A stretch of 64,000 bases of DNA. It comes from an uncultured Phycisphaerales bacterium. GTDB lineage: Bacteria > Planctomycetota > Phycisphaerae > Phycisphaerales > SM1A02. Position 1 is the first letter of the stretch. Every line of letters starts with the position of its first letter. A program made the translations under genes and the position numbers. Location of the stretch: the NCBI GenBank assembly GCA_938084645.1, contig CALKEP010000001.1:96001-160000 (forward strand), given 5' to 3'. Below the pieces are notes generated by a model. It worked only from the letters and a program-made list of their open reading frames with translations, was not told where the DNA came from and did not search any database. This document shows positions 56,966 to 64,000 of this stretch, piece by piece.

Positions 56966-57714
56966 CGGCCGGGGGTCCTCGCCGCACGGCGACTGCGGCG
57001 CCACTCCCGGAGCATCGCGGACAACGCCTCGAACCCGTCCCGGATGCCGATCTTCTTTCCTTCGGCGAAACTTCTCGGATCGTACGAGACCCCGACCTCC
57101 GCGACCGAAGCGTCATGTCTCGCCAACGCGGCGGCGAGCTGCGGTTCGACCCCGAAGTGGTCTTCGTCGAGATCCGGGAGGATCCTGCGGAGCATCGGCA
57201 CCCGCATGACCTTGTAACAGCACTCCATGTCGTGAATCTTGAGTCCGGTGAACAGGTTCGACGTCAAGGTCAGGAGTCCGTTGGCGAATCGGTGGGCCCG
57301 TCGGACCACGTTCGGCTGGACTTCGAGCCATCGGTTTCCGACCACGGCATCGGTGGCGGGGTGCAGGCCGAAGGTCTGCACGAAACGGACCAGATCGGCG
57401 GGGTCGTACTCGAGGTCCGCGTCCTGAATCCCGACGAGGTCCTCGTCGGCGGCGGCGTCGAGGATGTGCTTGAAACCGGTGCGGACCGCGGCGCCCTTGC
57501 CTCGGTTCGCGGCGTGGGCCAGGAGTATCACGTCGCCGTGGCGATCCTGAAGCGAGGCCGCCACGGCTCGAGCGGTCTCGGCCGAGCCGTCGTCGACGAG
57601 AATCATGCGTGCGGACCAGTCCTCGGGCCAGTCCACCCGCTCGACCTTGGAGACGACCTCTTCGAGGGTCGCCTCCTCGTCGAGGAATGGAATGACCAGA
57701 TGAAGGACCGGCAT
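56962..57714 (-). CDS. Glycosyltransferase family 2 (DPM/polyprenol-phosphate sugar transferase-like)
   Basis: VIPFLDEE, VDDGS, NRGKGAA, QDADLEYDP, DMECCYK, EGKKIG..DG. Confidence 0.92.
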   Translation of the reverse strand: MPVLHLVIPFLDEEATLEEVVSKVERVDWPEDWSARMILVDDGSAETARAVAASLQDRHGDVILLAHAANRGKGAAVRTGFKHILDAAADEDLVGIQDADLEYDPADLVRFVQTFGLHPATDAVVGNRWLEVQPNVVRRAHRFANGLLTLTSNLFTGLKIHDMECCYKVMRVPMLRRILPDLDEDHFGVEPQLAAALARHDASVAEVGVSYDPRSFAEGKKIGIRDGFEALSAMLREWRRSRRAARTPGR

Positions 57715-57770
57715 GGACGCACCCTTCGCGACGTCAGGTGTTCATACGTTCAGGCCACCGTCGCCGGTGA

Positions 57771-58769
57771 TCAGCCTTCCGTGCTCTCATCACCTTCCGC
57801 GACCGTGTTTCGCATCGCGGTGTCGGCCACCACGTTCTGCATTCGGTAGTGATCCATGATGCCGAGATTCCCGTCGCGGAAGGCCTGGGCCATCGCCTTG
57901 GGGACCTCGGCTTCAGCCAGAATCACCAGCGCGCGGTTCTTGGCCGCTTCAGCGGTGTGTTCGGCTTCCTGTGCGATCGCGAGTGCGCGTCGCTGCTCCG
58001 CTTCGGCCTGATACCGCTTGGTGTCGGCCTCGGCCTGGTCGGTCTGGAGCTGGGCGCCGATGTTGGTGCCCACGTCGACGTCCGCGATGTCGATGGAGAG
58101 GATCTCGAACGCGGTTCCGGAGTCGAGGCCCTTCGAGAGCACCGTCTTCGAGATCTGGTCGGGATTCTCAAGCACCCGCTTGTGGCTTTCGGCGGAACCG
58201 ATGGTCGAGATGATGCCTTCGCCGACTCGTGCGACGATCGTCTCCTCGGTCGCACCGCCGACCAACTGGGCGATGTTCGTTCTCACCGTGACTCTGGCTC
58301 GCGCCCGCAACTGGATGCCGTCGCCCGCGACCGCGTCGATCGTGGGGCGGGTTCCCTGGGCGCTGGGGCAGTCGATCACCTTGGGGTCGACCGAAGTCCG
58401 AACCGCTTCCAGGATGTCGCGGCCGGCGAGGTCGATCGCCGTGGCGCGGTCCCAGGGAAGATCGATCTTGGCCTTGTCCGCGGCGATCATCGCTCGGACG
58501 ACGCGATCGACGGTTCCACCAGCGAGGTAGTGCGCCTCGAGTTGAGCGGCGGAAAGTTCCAGTCCGGCCTTCTTCGCGGTGATGCGATTGCCGACCACCA
58601 CGCCGGGCGAGACCTTTCGAAGTCGCATCATGAAGAGATCGAGCAGTCCGACGGGCGCGCCCGAGACGATCGACTGGATCCAAAGGCCCGCGAAGCGGCC
58701 GAAGATCGCAAGAATCACGAGCGCGAAGAGGCCGGCGACGGCCAGCGCGACGATTTCCCAATTTGCCAT
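57771..58769 (-). CDS. floA: Flotillin-like protein FloA (YqfA/UPF0365)
   Basis: [61 protein letters not shown]. Confidence 0.95.
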   Translation of the reverse strand: MANWEIVALAVAGLFALVILAIFGRFAGLWIQSIVSGAPVGLLDLFMMRLRKVSPGVVVGNRITAKKAGLELSAAQLEAHYLAGGTVDRVVRAMIAADKAKIDLPWDRATAIDLAGRDILEAVRTSVDPKVIDCPSAQGTRPTIDAVAGDGIQLRARARVTVRTNIAQLVGGATEETIVARVGEGIISTIGSAESHKRVLENPDQISKTVLSKGLDSGTAFEILSIDIADVDVGTNIGAQLQTDQAEADTKRYQAEAEQRRALAIAQEAEHTAEAAKNRALVILAEAEVPKAMAQAFRDGNLGIMDHYRMQNVVADTAMRNTVAEGDESTEG

Positions 58770-58823
58770 TCAAAGTCCTCTCTAAGGTTCGCACAGTCTA
58801 CCCGGTTCAGGGCCCGCGTCCGC

Positions 58824-59429
58824 TCATCCGGCGGTCGGGCCCTTCGGACGGACCTTGATCTGATTGTCGATGATCTCGACGATCTCGACCTCGGTGCCCT
58901 GATCGATGATGCCGGATTCCGCTAGGGCGTCCATCCGGCGATCGCCGATGCGGATCACCCCGACCGGTCGCAAGGGCGTCGCGGTGACCGCAGTGGTGCC
59001 GACCAGCGCGACGGCGGCTTCGCGGTCGGCTTCCCGGTGCTTCGCGAGTTCGTCCGCCACCTGCTCTTCATCGAGGCCTCGGGTCGCGACCGTCTCGGTC
59101 CCACCGAGGATGAGTCTTCGCCCGATGGGACTTCCGGACCAGAGTTTCACGCCGTAGACGAGGATGAAGGGGCTTGCGACGATGTAGGTGACGATGGCAA
59201 AGACACCGGCACTGGTGGAGTGGTAGAAGAAGCTGATGATCGACGCGATGACCACGGCGCCGCAGAGGATGCCGAGCATCCCCGCGGTCGGAATGAACAA
59301 CTCGATCGCGAAGATCGCGAGCGCGAGAATGCCGAGGCCGATCCCGATGACCAGCCAGGAGCCGTCTGGCGGCAGGTCGGCCGGGGCCTGGGCGAGGGTC
59401 GTGAGTCCGGTCGCGAGAGTCTCGGTCAT
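58824..59429 (-). CDS. Short NfeD family protein
   Basis: TMs with IELFIPTAG.LG; C-terminal OB fold TPLRPVG...DA. Confidence 0.85.
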   Translation of the reverse strand: MTETLATGLTTLAQAPADLPPDGSWLVIGIGLGILALAIFAIELFIPTAGMLGILCGAVVIASIISFFYHSTSAGVFAIVTYIVASPFILVYGVKLWSGSPIGRRLILGGTETVATRGLDEEQVADELAKHREADREAAVALVGTTAVTATPLRPVGVIRIGDRRMDALAESGIIDQGTEVEIVEIIDNQIKVRPKGPTAG

Positions 59430-61174
59430 GGTTCGCTGCGCTCCACCTTGACGCCGAAGTCGTCCGACGACACGACCCGCACCCGCGTGCCGCGGTCGAT
59501 GTAGGCCCCGACGCTCTGGGCGTCGATCAGGCGATCACCGAAGCGGACTCTGCCCGAGGTGCGGAGGGGTGAGACGACGACGCCTTCGGACCCCTTCGGG
59601 ATGATGGTACCGATCGTGGGCATGGGCGCCGGTGCGGGGCGGCCGGTCGAGTCGTCGATTCCCACTCCGACCGCATCCGCGAGAACGATCCGGCTGGCGA
59701 AGGAGAGTCGCGGGATGTTGCGGAGGAGCAGCCAGATCCCGACGCCGCCACCGATGAAGCCGATGGTCGTCGCGAGCAGGCCGTGCACCAGGCCGTCACG
59801 CACGCCGTCGTCGAACGGACGGCCTCCGACGAAGGTGCCCACCAGGCCGACGAAGATGCAGATCCCACCCGCGACGCCGGCGACGCCGAATCCGGGCAGC
59901 AGGAACAACTCGAACGCCGCGAGCATCAGGCCGATCAGGACCACTGCGACCGTCCACCATTCCGCCATTCCGGCCAGGAGGGGGGCACCGAGCAGCAGCG
60001 CCAACGCGGCGATGGAGACGAGGCCGAACGCGCCGTATCCGGGGGCGGCGGTCTCGATGAAGAAACCGATCAGCAAGACCGCGATGAGGACGGCGCGGAC
60101 CGGCCAGAGGGTCAGGAATCGAACGAGGCCTTCCGACCAGGTGGTGTCGTACCGGGTGGCGGAAGTCGCGCCGAAGAACGCGAGGAGCTCGCGATCATCG
60201 GCGATTTGCGCACTGGTGAATCCATACGCGGCGGCTTCGTCGGCCCGCAGGACGAGGAGTTCATCGCGGGTGACGACCTGGCCGAGCGAGACCCAGTCCT
60301 CGGCGTCCTCGGGGCCGAGCGTGGGTCGTCTTGACGGAAGGTCCTGCAGGAACTCGATCGTCGCGTCCCGTTCGCTCGCGGTGGGGACCGGTTCATCCGG
60401 ATCGGCGGTTCCGAGAAGGCCGGTCAGCGGATCCCTCGACGGCACGGACGGCAACCGGGCGAGGCCGGTCGAGGTGGGGGGCTCTCCGAAGATCCGCTCG
60501 TACTCCGGCGCGTCGACGAAGAGTCGATCGCCGGTTCGCTTGTTGCGGATGAGCCAGAGTTCCACGTCGACCGCGACGAAGGACTGGACCAGCTTCTCAT
60601 CCCAGCCCTGTCGACGTGCGTCGTACACCACTTCCGAGAGGAGCGGCGCTTCGATCTTGGCCCGCTCGGCGGCGGGGAGCTGTCGGAGTCCGACCACCGG
60701 CAGGCCCTGGATCGGGGCGGCGTCCCCGAAGACGCCGGAGGGTGTGGTGATGATCTCGCGGGTCGAGAGCGCGATGATCGTTCCGGCGCTGAAGGCCTTC
60801 GGCCGGATCCATGCGACGGTGTTCGCCGGGGCCCGAGTTCGAATCAGTTCGAGGATGTCGTAGGTCGCGAGCAGGTCGCCTCCCGGCGTGTCCAGTTCGA
60901 GGACCACGGCGTCGCACCCGTCGGCCTTCGCTTCCGCGAGTCTTCGCTCGAGGGAGCGGGTCGTCACGCCGTCGATGGGACCGTGGATCGGAAGGATCGC
61001 GACCGAATCGGCCTTTCGGCCGGCGGGGATCGCGATGGGCGTGGTCGGTGAGGACTGGACTTCGTCCGGCGAGGCTTCGGCGAGGAGACCGAGCAGGAGA
61101 AACACCGAAGCGAGGAAGACGAAGGCCCGAGCGGGAACGAGAGCATGGAGTTGGGAAGGGCGCATCGGGTTCAT
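59426..61174 (-). CDS. Long NfeD (ClpP-class membrane serine protease domain + TM + OB fold)
   Basis: IHGPID, LDTPGG, AFSAGTII, GDAAP, PGFGVAG, SPLRTSG..DA. Confidence 0.88.
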   Translation of the reverse strand: MNPMRPSQLHALVPARAFVFLASVFLLLGLLAEASPDEVQSSPTTPIAIPAGRKADSVAILPIHGPIDGVTTRSLERRLAEAKADGCDAVVLELDTPGGDLLATYDILELIRTRAPANTVAWIRPKAFSAGTIIALSTREIITTPSGVFGDAAPIQGLPVVGLRQLPAAERAKIEAPLLSEVVYDARRQGWDEKLVQSFVAVDVELWLIRNKRTGDRLFVDAPEYERIFGEPPTSTGLARLPSVPSRDPLTGLLGTADPDEPVPTASERDATIEFLQDLPSRRPTLGPEDAEDWVSLGQVVTRDELLVLRADEAAAYGFTSAQIADDRELLAFFGATSATRYDTTWSEGLVRFLTLWPVRAVLIAVLLIGFFIETAAPGYGAFGLVSIAALALLLGAPLLAGMAEWWTVAVVLIGLMLAAFELFLLPGFGVAGVAGGICIFVGLVGTFVGGRPFDDGVRDGLVHGLLATTIGFIGGGVGIWLLLRNIPRLSFASRIVLADAVGVGIDDSTGRPAPAPMPTIGTIIPKGSEGVVVSPLRTSGRVRFGDRLIDAQSVGAYIDRGTRVRVVSSDDFGVKVERSEP

Positions 61175-61256
61175 CGCTTCGCATCATAGGACCCCGGATT
61201 CGCCGCCGTACGGTGGACGAGCGGCAGCGAGCGGCGACCCGCGCGTCATTCAAGGA

Positions 61257-61290
61257 GAAGCCGCCCGTGGAATGATCCACGGGCGGCTTC
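61257..61290 (-). terminator. Terminator-like hairpin after tandem prepilin genes
   Basis: 15-bp perfect stem GAAGCCGCCCGTGGA/TCCACGGGCGGCTTC. Confidence 0.7.
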
Positions 61291-61327
61291 GGATTCGGAG
61301 ACCGGACGAGTCCGGTCGGGGCTGGAA

Positions 61328-62194
61328 TCAGTCCCAGCTGATCGCGGATTCCCAGTTGAACGTCTCGCAGTCGCCACCGGTCGCGGAACCGGTGTCGGTG
61401 ATGCAGAGGAAGACGTCGCCGCCTTCACCGTCCTGGTCGACGTCTTCGGCGAAGAGAGTGTCTTCGACGACGACTCCGTTGTCGTTGATCTGGGCGAGCG
61501 TGGTCGGCGCGAAGGTCCGCGTCAGTTCGACGTGGTTGTCGTTGTAGCAGACGTTTCCGACCCACTCCTTGCGGGTGCCGTGGATCTGCAGCGTCTTCGA
61601 GCCGAGGTACGTGTCCTCGTCGTAGCTCGAGTTCTCGACGCCGCGGTTGCCGAGAACGGCGAACTTGGAGTCGAGCGACTTGCGCCACTGACGGGCCTTG
61701 CGATCACCGTAGAGAAGGCAGGTTCCGTAGCTCGTGTTGCAGGTCTGCTGAAGGTCGGCCTTGAACCGCGAGAAGTTGTTGGTGTCCCAGAACTTGTCGA
61801 GGGGCGGGCTGTACGACTCGAGGTCGTAGGTCGAGGCGATGGCGACGTTCGCCGATGCCTCGCTGGGGCTGACCAGGATCTGCGGCGTGGCGTACTCCGC
61901 GGAAATGGTCGCGGCGAAGAGGTTGGCGTGACTGTTCACGCTCTGATCCTCGGGGCCCTTGCCGGGCGTGTTGCCGCAGCGGTTGACCAGGCCAGGGGTG
62001 GGGAAGATGTCGTTGTAGTCGGTCGACATGATCAGCCAGCCCTTGTGGGTCTGGTTCAACTGCGTCGCATCCTTCACCTGGCGGGCCGAGGCGCGAGCCT
62101 TGGCGAGTGCCGGCAGCAGGAGGCCGAGCAGGAGGGCGATGATCGCCATCACGACGAGCAGCTCGATGAGCGTGAAGCCGTTTCGCTTTCGCAT
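61328..62194 (-). CDS. Planctomycete DUF1559-like prepilin-type protein
   Basis: [35 protein letters not shown]-terminal [11 protein letters not shown] (variant of H-X9-DG). Confidence 0.88.
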   Translation of the reverse strand: MRKRNGFTLIELLVVMAIIALLLGLLLPALAKARASARQVKDATQLNQTHKGWLIMSTDYNDIFPTPGLVNRCGNTPGKGPEDQSVNSHANLFAATISAEYATPQILVSPSEASANVAIASTYDLESYSPPLDKFWDTNNFSRFKADLQQTCNTSYGTCLLYGDRKARQWRKSLDSKFAVLGNRGVENSSYDEDTYLGSKTLQIHGTRKEWVGNVCYNDNHVELTRTFAPTTLAQINDNGVVVEDTLFAEDVDQDGEGGDVFLCITDTGSATGGDCETFNWESAISWD

Positions 62195-62261
62195 GACTAT
62201 GAACTCCAATGTTCTGAATTGAGCGGGATTCGATCCCGTCCGAAGTAATCGTGAAGAAGGA

Positions 62262-63242
62262 TCAGTTGGCACGCTTCGCGTCGTAGATCGCGGTGCACTT
62301 GGGCTCGCCCGGTGCGCCTTCGACGACGATCTCGTTCATCGCGAGCCAGGTATCACCGGCTTCCCAGGTGTTGCAGTCCTCGAATTCGGCCGCGAAGATG
62401 TTGTCCTTCGCGAGTTCGCGGTCACCACATTCGTAAGCGACGTTGCTCGGGAAGAAGTTCTTGCTGTACTCCACATGGTTGTCGTTGTAGACGACGTTGC
62501 CCTGCCACTCGGTGTCGGGGCCCATGAAGAGGAGCGTCCAGCTCTTTCGGTACTCGTCGGTCGAGGTGTCACCGTTCTTGGTGCCACGAGTCGAGAAGAC
62601 GGGCTTCGAACTGTTCTGGTTGTTGCGCCAGGTGTTGGTCTTCCGGTCACCACAAAGCATGAGGTGGGCGAAGGAGCAGTGCGCCCGGCCGTAGGGGGCG
62701 GCACGGTTGATCTTCGACAGGAAGATCTGGTTCGCGGCGCCCTGGGGGCTGGTTCCGGGAGAGACGGTCACCGGGTCAGGCGTGTCGCCCATCCAGTAGA
62801 TGTCGGTCGCGGGGTCGATGACCGCGTAGTCGTAGCTGATCGAGTCGTCCGCGGCGTTGTCGCCGTACTTCGCCACGACGGGGTTGGCTTCCACCGGGCT
62901 GACGACGATGTCGTCGTTGAAGTAGCCCTGGCCGATCATGCCGGAGTAGAGATGGCCGGTCGAGTTCTTCTTCCAGTTCTCGGGACCGAAGCCGGGCTGT
63001 CGGCCGATCCGGGGATCGGTGAAGCGGTTGATCCGGCCCGGGGAGGGCAGGTAGCCGTTGGGGTCGTCGTTGGACCAGATGAGACAGGCCTTGTGGATCT
63101 GGGCCTGCTGATTGGAGTCCTTCACGACTCGCGCGGCCTGCTGGGCACGGGAGAGTGCGGGGAGAAGAAGTCCGATGAGCAGCGCGATGATCGCGATGAC
63201 CACCAGCAACTCGACGAGGGTGAAACCGTTGCGCTTTCGCAT
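62262..63242 (-). CDS. Planctomycete DUF1559-like prepilin-type protein (tandem paralog)
   Basis: [45 protein letters not shown]. Confidence 0.88.
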   Translation of the reverse strand: MRKRNGFTLVELLVVIAIIALLIGLLLPALSRAQQAARVVKDSNQQAQIHKACLIWSNDDPNGYLPSPGRINRFTDPRIGRQPGFGPENWKKNSTGHLYSGMIGQGYFNDDIVVSPVEANPVVAKYGDNAADDSISYDYAVIDPATDIYWMGDTPDPVTVSPGTSPQGAANQIFLSKINRAAPYGRAHCSFAHLMLCGDRKTNTWRNNQNSSKPVFSTRGTKNGDTSTDEYRKSWTLLFMGPDTEWQGNVVYNDNHVEYSKNFFPSNVAYECGDRELAKDNIFAAEFEDCNTWEAGDTWLAMNEIVVEGAPGEPKCTAIYDAKRAN

Positions 63243-63875
63243 GTGTGGGGTCTCCAAGAAGCAAGGAGCCTGAAAAGGAATTCGGCGATCGGATGAACGC
63301 CGCGATGAACACGATGAATCGGATCTTCCCTCTGGAGCCGCCGCTACGAGGAAGGCGCCAGAGTTCCGCCGACCTGGACCGGCCGGAGGGATGGAAGGCC
63401 CGAAGAAGAGCCTCTACGAAAGTGCGGTGGGTGAAACCCTCGTGATTCGAATCCGCAACGAGTGCGAAGTCCGATTCCCGCGATCACCATCATCATCCGG
63501 ACTTGGAACACGAAGGACGTGAATCAACTTGATTCGCGATGTCGCGATCCGGGGTGGATGTCTGGTGATCCAGCCGCTGGCGAGCCCGACCGAGGAAGCC
63601 CGAACCCTCTGCCTCCATGCCCGTTTCCGGCCCGGGAGGGAGGATGGGGAGGAGGAGGCGGTTACGAGACAGCCGCGACCTTTTCGGAGGTCGCTCGGTC
63701 GGTATGTCTCGGGCGGCGGCGGATGATTGCCGAAGTGACTCGGCGAATGAGGGCAGGTGAGCATGTTGACCGGCGATGAATGATGGTGCCGGCGATCCGG
63801 AAATCTTCCGGAGGCTCGAAATATGAAGGACCTGCCGCGGCCCGTATCGAAGGTGCTTGGAATCCAAGCGCCACA

Positions 63876-63903
63876 AGGATATTCCGTCCGCCGGACCTGT
63901 CAA
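63876..63903 (-). promoter_or_regulatory. Putative sigma70 promoter upstream of the tandem prepilin genes
   Basis: TTGACA-N16-TATCCT on minus strand. Confidence 0.5.
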
Positions 63904-64000
63904 GTTCCTCGAAATGGGGATTGAGGCCTAAAAAGGTCGCTGAGGTCATCCTTACAGGGCCTCCGTCAGGCGACTTTTCTCCGCGGAATTCGAACGGCCC

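Noticed and set aside
62224..62238. tRNA-like TTCGATCCC
   Set aside because: Isolated short hairpin, no cloverleaf
63340..63450. RNase P RNA, tmRNA or c-di-GMP riboswitch in the terminal non-coding region
   Set aside because: Only fragmentary resemblance (GAGGAAG, GGGTGAAAC); conserved GAGGAAAGTCC and riboswitch cores not found by eye

Overview
High-GC (about two-thirds G+C by eye), gene-dense bacterial chromosomal segment, most likely a planctomycete of class Phycisphaerae. This is inferred from DUF1559-like prepilins, an IPAPG variant of the PEP-CTERM tail, bacterial DNA topoisomerase VI, a eukaryote-like UDPGP-family pyrophosphorylase and a giant PQQ-repeat protein. About 53 CDS were found; no tRNA, rRNA, CRISPR array or mobile element was recognised. 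The dominant feature is a ~26 kb type IV filament region on the minus strand: a T2SS-like operon (gspE-F-G-H-I-J-K, fused L/PilMN-like, M/PilO-like, C-like, secretin, beta-propeller lipoprotein) and a second PilT-PilC-minor pilin module with a large, probably Ca-binding PilX-like subunit. Between the two lie a giant PQQ-repeat protein and a tiny, extremely acidic protein. Unusual points: an unrecognised ~49-aa C-terminal module shared by the GspC-like and GspL/PilN-like subunits; a gspH-like frame with no ATG/GTG/TTG before its prepilin motif, in frame behind the gspG TGA; Topo VI with histone-H1-like basic tails; a sigma-70 lacking the WW dyad and region 3; a PTPS-III-type QueD homolog; two paralogous unknown secreted helical proteins; a ~630-nt structured leader before tandem pilins; and strong CGATCG over-representation. 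The rest is housekeeping (phoU, pdxJ, dapA, glmM, ppk1, ndk, pnp, rpsO, rdgB, floA/nfeD). All calls are from motif recognition by eye; no database searches were run.
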